Positions 1 through 12,990 of a DNA stretch of 64,000 nt are shown piece by piece. Numbering within the stretch: the first letter of the stretch is position 1; each line of letters opens with the position of its first letter. The position numbers were made by a program, and so were the translations under genes. The notes below the pieces were generated by a model that was not told the DNA's origin, made no database searches, and saw nothing but the letters and a program-made list of their open reading frames with translations. Source of the DNA: Mobula birostris (Eukaryota); NCBI RefSeq assembly GCF_030028105.1, contig NC_092392.1:21406613-21470612 (forward strand), in the 5' to 3' direction.

Positions 1-493
1 CCTCAAATGACCCACACTCCTGTTTCATCGGGCATCTCCTGTCCCCACCATAGAGGAATCAATGGTTCCTGAAATAGCTGCATCAGTCACCAGGGAACCC
101 AGAAAACTGGAGGGGACAGCAGGTTACCCTTGACCGTAAGAAAATGCCCAAAAGAAAATTATGTGCATTAATAGTGCAAAGCAGCACATCAGTGCATATT
201 AAAATGCAAAGAGGAGAGCTAATTATGGGAGAAAAGAATGGTGTTTTAACAACAGAAGAGTACAGAGTAAGGTGAATTTAAAACAAGTAACTCTACATAC
301 CGAACCTTTGAAAGTTACCTTTCCTTTTTCAAATGATTTCTATTTTCAGTAACAATGAACTGTCAGCAGCTTACTCACACTCAGCATAGAATTTCATAAA
401 GTTAATCAGAAAAACTGCACGGTTTCCTGCCATATTAAAAGATGCATACATAAACATTCAAGTAATTCATTATTAACAAAGAAGGTTCCTTAC

Positions 494-548
494 CTAGATT
501 TAGAAGCTGCTGTTGAAGCACTTTGTCCTTTGTTTAAATTAAAGGCAA
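494..548 (-). CDS. KIN: KIN coding exon 7 (55 bp; VAFNLNKGQSASTAASKS). The gene continues off the left edge.
   Basis: Acceptor tttgatcag and donor gtaagg on the minus strand; phase continues from exon 6; resembles the vertebrate Kin17 linker. Confidence 0.85.
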
Positions 549-1529
549 CTGATCAAAATAGAAAAAATTGCATTTATATCCATGATTTTAAAATGCTCAT
601 ACATTAAATTGTTTTGAGTTTGCTATGGCATATCCACTGTACTGAATAAAGGCAACTTCCATGATCAATTCCACCCATCAAATCACTATCCACATAAAAG
701 GCAAATAATTATCCAAAAATGATCAACTCTCCTGAAGAGAATAGCAACTCTGCTGACAGACTTCAGGCAAGCAGGACCTTCAAAGCCAAATCCTAATAGT
801 TCAAAATTCCCACTTAAACATGCAAACATAAACTGGGTGGGAATGAAACAACTGATTTACAGCATATCAATTGAAAATAAATGACTAAACTTCAGGGAGT
901 TAAAATATATTTCAGTCCAGGAATAAAGAGAGTTATCGCTCAAACAAAATAAATTTTCTGTAACTTAATTGTATGACAAATAGATAATGAGTAAAAGGGA
1001 AAAAAATTACTAAGCAGAAGCTATAATTTCTACTTTATAATCTCAAATTTGACACAAAACTAGCCCTTTTAGAATGCATTTCAACATAAAACATTTATGG
1101 ATAGATCCCATACCATGACCTTTAATTCCTAACAAGCTAGTCACACAAGAGCACTTTTAACACAGCAACATGTCCTCAAGTGCTGGAGAGTACTGTCATC
1201 AAACAAAACATAACTAGCAAGTCTCTGCTGAGTTGAAATGCTTTTTTGAAAAACATCAGATAATAAAGTACCAGCTTGGTTAACTTCAGCCTCAACTCTT
1301 TGATACAAAGATAGGAAAAGAACAAATTTAATTCAATTATGGAATTTTCAAACTGACCAAATTTCAGAAATAACATTAGGCCACACAAGGAGTTAAGTCA
1401 GGTGACCAAAAGGTTGATCACCAATCCAAAAGAACAACTTAAAACAAAAACAGGCAAGAGAATTCCAAAGTTTATAGAATATAAAATGCCTTGCTTGAAA
1501 TGCATACTGCAGAGGATGAGAGGAACTAA

Positions 1530-1785
1530 CTTAGAAATGAAGAGATGAGGAGGTATTTCTTTAGGCAGAGGGTGGTGAATCCGTGGTATTCACTGCCACA
1601 GACAGCTGTGGAGGCCAAGCCATTCAGTATAATTAAAGCAGGGGTTGATAGGTTCTGGATTAGTAAAAGTGTCAAAGGTTATAGGGTGAAGAGGTTTGAG
1701 AGGGATAATAAATCAGCCGTGATGGAATGGCAGAGCAGACCTAGTGGGGCAAATGGCCGAATTCTGCTACTAGGTCTTATCGAAA
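1530..1785 (+). mobile_element. CR1 LINE 3'-end fragment
   Basis: RRYFFRQRVVNPWYSLP, the typical end of CR1 ORF2, plus a 3' UTR. Confidence 0.7.
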
Positions 1786-2235
1786 TTCAGTGACTTTTTC
1801 AATGGTATGATTAGAGAAATCACATGTAATTGCTAACATGTTTATGAAAGTTTCAGATGCAACTTTCACTTCACTAAAACAAAAAGAGGAAGTGTGAAGA
1901 ATTCAGAAATGCATTACTAAATCAAAACGCCCCCATGTTTGGATCATGCAATCAATATCATCTCAATTGCCAAAAAAAACCCCAATGAATACCAATGCTG
2001 GGTCACACTGATTCAAATGGCTTGGGTTCTTACTTACATGAATTTGCATTTGAAAGAGTATGCCTGGTAGAATACAAGCCGAAAACAAAGTTGTCACAAA
2101 ACTCTTCCCACTCACAGTAATAACAGGATTTTAAAAGACAAATGGTAAAAATCCAGAATTAGAAAGATAAGCAGTGATGCCTTAGAGAAGTTACGAAGTT
2201 ACAAATATCATTACAGTACATTCCTCAAAGCATAC

Positions 2236-2284
2236 CTTTCTCTTCCTCGTTTTCTCTCTTCAGTTCTGTAAAAACTGGGACATC
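2236..2284 (-). CDS. KIN: KIN coding exon 6 (49 bp; DVPVFTELKRENEEEK)
   Basis: tttag acceptor, gtatgc donor; resembles Kin17 EVPTFTELSRENDEEK. Confidence 0.92.
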
Positions 2285-3016
2285 CTAAACAATTAAAAGA
2301 AAATAGATATTTTTAACAAAAATAGCACACTGACCATGACCAAGACAGTTCGCAGGAGTGAGGAAGTCAGGAAGGTGTATGAATTGTCATTCAGAGACAA
2401 TCAAACTCCATTTGGGTCATAGACAATGGTTCGTTTTCACATTATAAACACAGATACTTCACAACATAGGCCGGTGATAATAAACCTGATTCTGATTCTA
2501 TTCTGCAGATCATTGAAATCAAGAGCAACACACAGAAAATGCTGGAGGAATCGTTGATGTTTCCAGTGGAGACTCTTTGTCGTTGAGATTATATCGAACA
2601 TCCCATTATAAGTAGGCTGCATCTTAAAATATACAGAAACCCAGCATGTGTTCTTGTATTGTTATAAATGGTTGAGGAATGAGATGGAGGGGATCATGGG
2701 ACACTGTTGAGATCATCATACTGGGTCAAATGAAGGAATTACAGATAATGTACAGGGAACTTAGGCACTTATAAAATGAGATGGATCACCAACATAAAAG
2801 TAAATACAGAAGAATGTAATAACTACTCTTGCATGCCATAATCTAAGGAGACAAGGAGTAAAAGAAAACCACTGTCATGCTCTCTTGTGACATTGACCAA
2901 ATTGGGTAGGGTGGACAGCAATCGGAAAGGTTCCAATGGAGAATGGGTGACATAATTACAAGAGTTTATAACAGTACCAAAAATGGTCTTTTTGTGCAAA
3001 TTATTAACTTTTTCAC

Positions 3017-3198
3017 CTCTTCTTTTCCTTCCTTTCCTCTTCTAACTAGCTCTTCAATAAACTTGGCATTTCTTTCCTCATCATCCAGCTCTTGCTTCTT
3101 CTTTTTCTCCAATTCCTGTTGTCTGCAGATGGTTTCTGGATCACGATCAATGTATTGAATGTACCAACCCTTTGGTGTTTCATCCACTTTGCAGTAAC
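3017..3198 (-). CDS. KIN: KIN coding exon 5 (182 bp; GYCKVDETPKGWYIQYIDRDPET...GKEGKEE)
   Basis: Within ORF 2966..3262; ttcattcag acceptor, gtgaaa donor. Contains the hallmark VDETPKGWYIQYIDRDPE. Counting from exon 1, the Lys of TPKG is residue 135, the same number as the human METTL22-methylated lysine. Confidence 0.96.
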
Positions 3199-3339
3199 CT
3201 GAATGAAAGGGTACACTATGAGTTTCAATTGGTGTATTATTGTCATATGTACCAAAATACAATGAAGATCTTGTCTTGCAGTCTCTTCATACAGAGGAAG
3301 TCATTACACAGTGTGCTGGACAATTTGTGAAGGTTCATG

Positions 3340-4690
3340 AAAATGGAAGAAAACAAGAGGAGTAGACCACTCAGCCTGTCGCAGCATTTATGGCAGATCT
3401 GTCCTAGGCCTCCTTTCCACTGTGTCAGTTTTCCATAGGCCTCAATTCGTAGATCTTTCAAAAAACTTACTTACATTTTCTTTAAATACTGCCAATGATC
3501 TAGCCTCCATAACCTTTGAGGGCAGAGAATTCCAGAGATTCTCCACGCTCTGAAAAATTCATACACACCTCAGTTTTATGTGACTGCTCCTTAGTCTTGT
3601 AACTATGTCCCCTCGTTCCCACCAATGAACACATCACAACATCTACCCGGTCAAGCCTCATCAGGACCCTATGTTTCAATAAGATCACCCCTCATTCTTC
3701 CTAACTCCAAAGAATATCATTCTAATTCCTTTAGTCACTCATGATCATACAAACCTCTCATCCTAGGATTTGGCTCAGCAAATTTTCAGACAGCCTACAA
3801 TGCTAATATATTAACAAATAAGAGAAAATCTGCAGAGGCTGGAAATCCAAGCAAAACAAACAAACAAACAAACACACACACATTCCCACACACAAAATGC
3901 TGGAGGAACTCAGGTCAGACAGCATCTACCGAATGGAGTATAGTCGACATTTCAGGTCCAAAGTGTCAAATATACTCTTTTCCATACATACTGTCTGGCC
4001 TGCTGAGTTCCTCCAGCACTTTGTGTGTGAATACTAATATATTGCTTCTTTAACACAGCTACTAAAATTGGTACTCTAGGTGTGGTCTCACCAATACCCT
4101 GTATAAAAATGACAATTTTTAAACTTCAACCTCTTACAAAAGAGGCCAGTATGTCATTCGCCTTCTCAATCATGTGCTGTACTTGCCTGTCAAACCTTTG
4201 CAATTCCTGCACAACATCCAGACACCCCCCACACAAAGGGTATCGGCCCGAAACATCAACTGTACCTCTTCCTAGAGATGCTGTCTGGCCTGCTGCGTTC
4301 ACCAGCAACTTTGATGTGTGTTACCCCCCCCCCAATACCTTCCTCACTTCCTTTTCTTCTCCACTTCGATAATAGTCTGCTTTTTCAGTGCATGTCTTCA
4401 CACTTTCCCACAGTAAACTCTTATTGCCAAGCTGTCACTCGTTCAGTCAACCTGCCTTTATGCAGCAGCAGAGTCCTAATACAGCGTCATTCCCTTCCAT
4501 CTATTTTTGTATGATCAGCAAACTTGGATACCTTGAACTCTGCCCCCTCCTCCAGGTCATTTATATTGTAAATATTTGAGTGACAAGAACTGATCCTTGG
4601 TCCACTTAACTAGTTACAAGCTTCCAGCCTACAAAAGAGTGCTTATTCCAACTCTTGTCTTCGATATGATAACCACTCTTCAATCCAAAC
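3340..4690 (-). mobile_element. Old CR1 fragment interrupted by two short Penelope-derived inserts (3813-4029 and ~4231-4322)
   Basis: Degenerate CR1 ORF2 3' peptides (MRLDRVDV...TRGHSYK); the inserts are flanked by duplications. Confidence 0.65.
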
Positions 4691-5001
4691 CAACGCACTA
4701 AAGTGTTTGAATTTCAAAATGCTGACCTGATCTTAAGTTTGATGTGAAAATTATAATGTGATAATGACTCATTTTTTACTAAATGCTCAAAAGAATGAAC
4801 CTGCAAGAAAATATTTTAGACCAGTTTAAATATGTAGCTGTTTGGTGATATTCGAGCTTGGCAACTTTTTATGTCAATGTGGGGGGGAAGGAATACCTTA
4901 AAATTTCTTCTTTGTTAATCAAAACTAATAGAGTGAACTATTTAAAAGAGGAAGATTAAAGAGATAAAACTAATAACAATAATTGTGCAATAGTTACTCA
5001 C

Positions 5002-5124
5002 CTTCTCTGCCAAGCCACTTGGTGAAGTCAGTCAACGTTTCCCACATTGTTGCATTCATGTGAACATGTTCTCGGTGGCTGATGTATTCATTGTAGATAA
5101 CGTTGTTATGAACGCGCTTTGTTC
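5002..5124 (-). CDS. KIN: KIN coding exon 4 (123 bp; TKRVHNNVIYNEYISHREHVHMNATMWETLTDFTKWLGRE), winged-helix-like domain
   Basis: Translated by hand; aaacag acceptor, gtgagt donor; Kin17 HxHMNATxW motif. Confidence 0.96.
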
Positions 5125-6039
5125 CTGTTTTTAAAAAAGCATATGATGGCATATTGCAATATTAAATTATTTTGAATACTGCTGCTAACATATGTAATAA
5201 AAATATAGCAAGCACATTTACATGCTGTGTCCCACATGATGTCACAGCAGTGGATATTGGATTCCCCAGCTTCCCCAGTTATTCATAAAATGTAAAGAAC
5301 GCAAACAAACTTGAGCTGATAGAGGCAGAAGCCAATGGCACCAGCCTTCACCAGAGGAAATCAATTCAGATCATTGTTGATTTTTTATGGTCAACCCAAC
5401 AATATAATGTGGTGCAATCTAGGAACACTCAAGACATCAAAAATATTATATAGTTGCTTGCATTGTTCTCCAAAGAATTGTACTTCGAAGAATAAAGCAT
5501 ACAATCTGTCACAGATACAATCTTTTACTGAGTATGCTTTTTATGTATTAGTTGGCACCACAGAATCTCATTCCATAATGATAACAGATTCCTTTCCCTC
5601 TAGACTGTTAACTGAGAAAGAAGGCCATCAGAAATGCAAAGTGAATATTGCAGTGTTTCAGTTCAATGTTCCTGTGACTTTATTTGAACTGAAACACTAC
5701 AACATTCACTTAGAATTTCCGATTGCCATATTTCTCAGTAAACAGCCTAAAGGGAAAATAAGGGAAAGAAATCTGCTCTCATTGCGGAATGAGGACCAAT
5801 GGTGCCAATACATAAAAAGCATGCTAAATAAAGGGATGCATTTGTAACAGATTGTACGCTTTACTCTTGGAAGTGCAATACTTCGAAGAGTAATGCAAGT
5901 AACAATATTTCAAAAGAGTTGAGCCAACGGCAAATTGTTTTATACATCAGTAGCTTACATTTTTTTTAAATTGCAGTTGCATTGTTCAGCTAGATCTAAT
6001 GACATTGTGCATTATTAAAGAAAATATACGACAACTCAC

Positions 6040-6083
6040 CAAAACGTCTTCTAAGCAGCTCAAGAAATTCATTGCGAAACTCT
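6040..6083 (-). CDS. KIN: KIN coding exon 3 (44 bp; EFRNEFLELLRRRF)
   Basis: ctcttcag acceptor, gtgagt donor; phase fits exons 2 and 4. Confidence 0.95.
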
Positions 6084-6539
6084 CTGAAGAGGGAGACAAA
6101 AACAAAATTAAATTGAGCACTTCACAGAAATGTAACATTTTAGAATATCACCACGGTACCATAAAAAGATCAGTCATTTAAAACAAAAGCCATTAGGGGC
6201 ATATTGTAAAAAATTGTTAAACAACTTATTAAAAAAATCTCAAGTTTTTCTGTATTTAATGCTCAGTTACTTTCTTTCCACTTTCCCATCCTCCATTGGA
6301 GTTGCCACACTATATAACAAGCACTCTTTCAAAGAAACATTCCAGATGTGGCTTATCAGCACAAACTGATCACACTCACCATTGACACAAGATTTTTCTG
6401 TAATCTTGTGCAATTTCGTTAGGCAGGAATTTGCTGAATTTTTTTAAAATCCTGAGTGGTGAGATTATGTGCATCAAATGGGTCCTCCACAATACAAAGG
6501 AATAACATGATGACCTGTTAATGGCAATTCCAGTAAACA

Positions 6540-7030
6540 GGAAAGCAACAGGCTGCAGAGAATAGTGGAGTCAGGTCCACACAGGCACAGCCACAGCCAT
6601 TCATTTGAAACCATTCATTTTTGTCTCAAGAAGGCAGCATCTTTCATCAAGGATTCGCACATTCCAGGTCATGTCCTCTTCCTGCTGCTACCATTGGGCA
6701 GGAGATACAGGAGCCTGAAGTGCCACACTAACAGCTTCAGGATCAACTACTTTCCTACAACCGTCAGGCACTTGAACTGACCTGCACAACCCTAAACCCA
6801 CCTCAGTAATAGAAAGCTATAAGTCACTTCTTACACTACCATGGACATTCTACTGATTTGTTCTGTTGCTTACATGTTTTTTTTCTTCACTGCCTTGCAT
6901 ATGTACAACTAACGTACAACTTACGTGCTGTGTTTTATCGTCTCAACCTACGTGCCTGTATGCTGCTGCAAAGATGTTTTTTTAATAGTACTTTTACCTC
7001 ACCATACTTGCTCATGTGACAAATAAACTC
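6540..7030 (+). mobile_element. Rex1/Babar-type non-LTR 3' fragment
   Basis: CLKKAASFIKDSHIPGHVLFLLLPLGRRYRSLK C-terminal motif; AATAAA tail. Confidence 0.75.
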
Positions 7031-7554
7031 GACATGAGATGGAAGGACAAGGAAAAATGTGCTTATCCGTCTCCATAGATGCTGCCTGACCTGATTGGGT
7101 TCCACCAGCATTTTGTGCATATCCTGTTCATAAAACTGCTGAGAAAATACTTCTGAAAGCTGGTTTAGATGTAGGAGATTCAGCACCTGGGGTCAAAGGT
7201 TTAGTCTTAGAAGCCAGTAGAAACATTTTTACCCAGAGGGTGGTGAGTCTTGGTAATACTCTACCCAAGGGTTGTGAAAACTCCCCCTGCAGAAGTTATT
7301 CAGGGAAGAGACTGATAGATTTTTGGATATTAAGGGAGTCAAGGAAATGGGATAAATGCAGGAAGGTGGCATTGAAGTAAAAGATGAAGCAGGATCTCAG
7401 CATGGTTGAGGGTCAGTATGCCAATGTTTCACAATGGGATTAAGTGAAGGCATGGTGGGCTAGTTAGCCTCTAATGTAATATTCCTCTAGAATAATAAAC
7501 ACAAATGTAAAAAACACATTATTAACCCAAGTGGTCCTTGCTCCTGTCATGGTT

Positions 7555-10300
7555 CCATAAGATCATACGATATAAGAGCAGAATTAGGCCATTTGGCCCC
7601 AAGTCTGCTCTGCCATTTCATCATGGCTAATCCAATTTTCCTCTCAGCCCCAATTTCCTGCCTTCTCCCTATACCCCTTCATGCCCTGACCAATCAAGAT
7701 TCTATCAACTTCTACCTTAGATGTACATAATGACTCGGCCTCCACCGCTGCCTGTGGCAAAGGATTCCACAGATTCACCACTCTCTGGCTAAAGAAATTC
7801 TTCGTCATCTCCGTTCTAAAAGGTCACCCCTCAATTCTGAGACCGTGCCCTCTGGTCTTAGACTCTCCCACCATAGGAAACATCTTCTCCACATCCACGC
7901 TATCAAGACCTTTCACCATTTGATAAGCTTCAACAAGGTCAAACCTCATTCGTCTGAATTCCAGTAAATACGGGCCCAGAGCCATCAAACGCTCTTCATA
8001 TGACAAGCCATTCGATCCTGGAATCATTTTCGTGATGCTCCTTAAAACCCTTTCCAGTTTCAACACATCCTTTTTAAGGGGCACAAAACTGCTCACAATA
8101 CTCCAAGCGAGGCCTCACCAAAGCTTTATAAAGTCTCAACATTACATCCTTGCTTTTATATTCTATTCCCCTTGAAATGAATGCTAACATTGCATTTGCC
8201 TTCCTCACCACAGACTCACTGCCAATTAACCTTTAGGGAATCCTGCACAAGGACTCCCAAGTCTCTTTGCATCTCAGATTTTTGTATTTTCACTCCATTT
8301 TGAAAATAGTCAACCCTTTCATTTCTTCTACAAAAGTGCATGACCATACACTTCCTGACACTGTATTCCATCTGCCATTTCTTTGCCCAATCTCCTACTC
8401 TAAGTCCTTCTGCAGCCTCTCTACTTCCTCAAAACTACCTGCCCCTACACCTATCTTCATAGGGTCTGAAAACTTTGCAACAAAACCATCAATTCCATCA
8501 TCCAAATCATTGATATATAACGTAACAACAATTAGTCCCAAAACAGACCCCTTTGGAACACGACTAATCGCCGGCAGCTAACCACAAAAGGCTCCTGTTA
8601 TCCCACTCTTTGCCTCCTGCCAATCAGCCACTGTTTTATCCATGCTAGATTTTTTCCTGCAATACCATGCTTGTTAAACAGCCTCATATATGGCACTTTG
8701 TCAAAGGCCTTCTGAAAATCCAAGTACACAACATTAACTGATCCTCCTTTGTCTATCCAGTTTGTTACTTCTTCAAAGAATTCCAGCAGATTTGTCAGGC
8801 AAGGTTTTCCCTTGAGGAAACTATGCTGACTGTGGCCTATTTTATCATGTGCCTCCAAGTACCCTGAGACCTTATCCTTATTAACCAACTCAAACAACTT
8901 CCCAACTACTGAGCTCAGACTAACTGGCCTATAGTTTCCTTTCTTCCGCCTCTTTCCCTTCTTGAAGAGTGGAATAACATTTGCAATTTTCCAGTCTTCT
9001 GGAACCATTCCAGCATCTAGTGATTCTTGAAAGATCATTACTAATGCCTCCATACTCTCTTCAGCCACCTTTCAGAACTCAGGGGTATACACCATCTGGT
9101 CCTGGTGACTTATCGACCTTCAGCCCTTTCAGTTTCCCAACAGCCTTCTCCCCAGTAATGGTAACCTCACACACTTCATGCCACCGACACCTGGAACTTC
9201 CACCATACTGCTAGTGTCTTCCACAATGAAGATTGATGGAAAATACTTATTCAGTTCATCCGTTATTTCATTGCCCCCAATTACTACCTCTCCAGAATTG
9301 TTTTCCAGTGATCCAATATCCACTCTTGCCTCTTTTACACTTTATGCATCTGAGGAAACTTCTGGTATCCTCTTTAATATTATTGGCTAGCCTACTTTCA
9401 TATTCCATCTTTACCTTCTTAATGACTTTTTTAGTTGCCTTCTAGTGGTTTTTAAAAGCTGTCCAATCCTCTAACCCCACAAATCTTTGCTCTGTTATAT
9501 GCCCTCTCTTCAACTTTTATGTTGGCATTGACTTCTCATTAGCCACGATTGGGTCATCTTTCTTTTAGAATACTTCTTCCTCTTTGACATATCCGCTGCC
9601 CTCCAAATTGCTTCCAGGAATTACTGCTAGTGTTCTTTTCCAATCAATTCTGGCCAACTCTTCTTTCATGGTTCCATAATTCCCTTTACTCCACTGTAAT
9701 ACTAATATATCAGACTTTAGCTTCTCTTTCTCAAATTTCAGGATGAATTCAATCATATTATGACCACTTGCTCCCCAGGGTTCTTTTACCTTAAGGTCTC
9801 TAATCAATTCTGGCTCACTGACAACACCCAATCCAGAATAGCTAATCCTCTGGTGGGCTCAACCACAAACTGTTCTAAAAAGCCATTTTGTTGGCATTCT
9901 AGAAATTTCCCCTCCTGGAATCCAGCACAAACCTGATTTTCCCAATCTATGTGTATATTGACATCTCTCATGACTTGTATCATTGTCCTTTTGGCATGTG
10001 TTTTCTATCTCCCATTGTAATTTGTTGGCAACATACTACTGTTTGGGGGTCTGTATACAACTTGCACTTCCTTAGTTCTAGCAATGTTTCAACACTTTCT
10101 GACCCTATGTCACCTCTTCCTAATGATTCGACTTCATTTTTTGCCAACGGAAAAACGATGGCCCCTCTGGCTTCTTGCCTATCCTTTCGATACATGTTCA
10201 ATACATGGACATTAAGCTCCCAGCTATAATTTTTCAGCCATGATTCAATGATGCCTACAACATCACATCTGCCAATCTGCAATTGTGCTGTAAGTTCAAG
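7555..10300 (-). mobile_element. CR1 LINE, 5'-truncated and degenerate (APE endonuclease + RT)
   Basis: ORFs 9980-10318 (DVVGIIESWL), 9565-9831 and 8598-9068 (PEDWKIANVIPLFKKG...YRPVSL...YLDFQKAFDKVP), and 7824-8096. Confidence 0.92.
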
Positions 10301-11439
10301 TTTTGCAAGAGCTTTCACAACGCTTCTTCTTTCAACCCTGCCATGTGTTGCTAGTTCCTACAAATAGCTGTTTAGCTTTACTTCAAATACAGCAACGCAA
10401 GTTGCTTGGATGAAAGTTTCTCAGAATTAAGCAACAGCTATTCTAAACATAAGGCCACAGGTTCAAAAAAAAACCCACAAACTAACAAAATTAAAATAAA
10501 ATCAGGTAATTTACTGCTAAATAAAATGTATGCTCGCTTCCAAATAATCCTGATAATGTCAGAAAAATCCAATTGATTCCTTTGTTAGATCAACTATTCA
10601 GGAAAAATTTGAACACGCAAGAGATTCTGCAGATCCTGGAAATCTTGAGCAACATGCATAAAACGTTAGAGGAACTCAGCAAGTCTAGTGCTGATGAAGG
10701 GTCTTGGTCCCAAAACTTCCAACTGCTTATTCCTTTCTATAGATGCTACCTGACTTGCTGAGTTTCTCCAGCATTGTGTATGTTACACACAATTAATGTT
10801 GTTTTCCTTAAAAAAAAATTGTAACTTGATAAACCATTAAACCTTTGAAGACAGCTAATTACTAAAAATTACAAAGGACAAAAAAAAGTAATTTTCAGTT
10901 GTCCTTTTTAAGAAATATTAAAGCTTATAGAAAACTGTATGCTTCATCGAAACAAGGGGAATTAGACACTTGTGAAAAGGAAATATAGAAACTGGCCTGA
11001 AAAGGATAAAGGTTGATACTCATAATGCTGAATTTTATCAGCTACATTTTATTTAAAGGGAAGGGCAAAGGAACAAGACAAGAGCTACTTATGGAGCAGA
11101 TAGCAAGTGACAGAAAGTTATTTTGATATGCTGGAGTTTCCTGGCATTTTTTACTCAAACTGGAGATTAGTGGAAACTGACTTCTTTGGAGCAGCTACAT
11201 CAGCACAAGGCCAAATATTGCATAATTAATATTACTCATTAATTTATCGGTTGTGTTTTTTTTAAACTTTTTAAAAATTTTTTACACACATAAAAAATCT
11301 ATCAGATAATTAATTCTGAATTAACTATACACATTTTGTAAGCAACTTAGGTTTTAAAATTTTATAGATTGTTAAAAACTTAACACAGCTTTCAATCTTC
11401 GTTAGCAATGTTTACATAGCATTGAAACAGTGTACATAC

Positions 11440-11534
11440 TCTGAAAAATAATCCATAAATTGCTGTGGGTTCTCAGATGCCAGCAGAAGCTGTCGTTGGT
11501 GGGATTCCGATATGCAGTGACATTTAAAACCATT
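11440..11534 (-). CDS. KIN: KIN coding exon 2 (95 bp; NGFKCHCISESHQRQLLLASENPQQFMDYFS), second half of the C2H2 finger
   Basis: aatttcag acceptor, gtatgt donor; NGFKCH..SESHQRQ motif. Confidence 0.96.
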
Positions 11535-12559
11535 CTGAAATTCAACACAAATTATATCAGTGCACACAATATATTTTTGAAATATCACTAGCCATCTAAC
11601 TTAACCCTCATTCTGATGAAATTTCAGAGCAAAACATTAAAATAGATCACGTGACTCCCAAGTTGAAATATCTTCAGCCATCTGTTACCTTATAAAATGA
11701 CAATCAAACCCTGTCAATTGAGATGTGCAACCTATGTGAGATGTTCATATCATTCTTGATTTATGCTGCACTTTATTTGGATATGTGTGGCAGTAGGTTT
11801 ACAGTGATAAAAATTTACCTAACAATATTCTGCGATTATTTTCTTATGTGGAAAGATCCATTAATTAATCCCTATTGAATCAGTGTTTCATGTCACTGAG
11901 CTTTAATGTGGCACTTTACGTTTATGCAGGTAGGTACTTGTCTATTCCTGCATTTGCACTTACAATTTGCCACAACATTCAAAGTGGATTTTTGATTTAA
12001 CAAAAATCAAAACTGACTCCAGTTTTCAATGCATCACTAATTAAAATGCTGCCTGATCTTCTGAATATTTCTAGAATCCGTGGAAAGAAAAACAGTTAAG
12101 GCTCCAATTCGAAGTTCCTTTGTCAGAACTGGATAACAAAGAAAACAAGACAGTTTATGTTACACAAAAGGTGAAAGAAGGATGAAAAAGACAAAAAGAA
12201 ATCTCTCTAAAGACAAGATGGAAAAGAGAAACCACTGCCTGTGTAAAAGGCAAAAAAGATAGAGACGGAAATCTCGTCAAAAAAAAAGAGAAATTCACAA
12301 GTCAGTATTCCTGGAAGTGACTGTGAATTGAACAGTAAATGAAAATCAAAGGAATCGGCAAATGCTGGAAGTGTAGTAAATGTTTGAAAAACTTAACAAA
12401 TCAGCCTATGTGGGAAGGAATATAAATTAATATTTGTCAAGGATCTTTATTAGAACTCAAAAGTGGCGGAAAAGCTTAGCCTAGTGAAAATCAAAAGTGA
12501 GTTACTTTCCATAAAACAGCTAGACATCTGCAGTTTTTTGTCATTTTCTGGGTGTTAAC

Positions 12560-12990
12560 ATCTCCGAGGACTTGTCCTGGCCACAATAGATTGATGCAAT
12601 CATGAAGAAGGTTCTACTTTGTTCAAAAATTCCGTAAAACACTTGCAAATTTCTATAGGTGTATGGTGGAGAGCGTTTCAATTGGTTGCATCACTGCCTG
12701 GGATGGAGGCTCCAATGCACAGGGCAACAAGAAGCTGCAAAGGCTTGTAGGCTCAGCCAGTTCCTTCACAGGCACACCCACCCCACCATCGAGGGCACCT
12801 TCAAAACGCAGCGACTCAAGGCACTAACAACCCTCAAAACCAGGATATGTTCGCTTCTCATCACCAACAGATTTCTGAACACTCCATGAATGCCACTTCG
12901 CCCTATATACTTCATAATTTATAATAGTTTCTAACATTTTCGCATTGTACTGCTGCTCCAAAACAGCAAATGTCACATATAATCCCGAGT
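12560..12990 (+). mobile_element. Degenerate Rex1/Babar fragment
   Basis: Similar to the other Rex1 copies (catctccgaggacttgtcctgg; cccaccatcgagggcaccttcaa). Confidence 0.6.

Noticed and set aside
1-493. KIN exon 8
   Set aside because: No matching peptide or splice pair found; presumably outside the window.
5335-5847. 170-aa plus-strand ORF in KIN intron 3
   Set aside because: No recognisable motif or supporting exon structure; treated as a chance ORF, although not excluded without a search.
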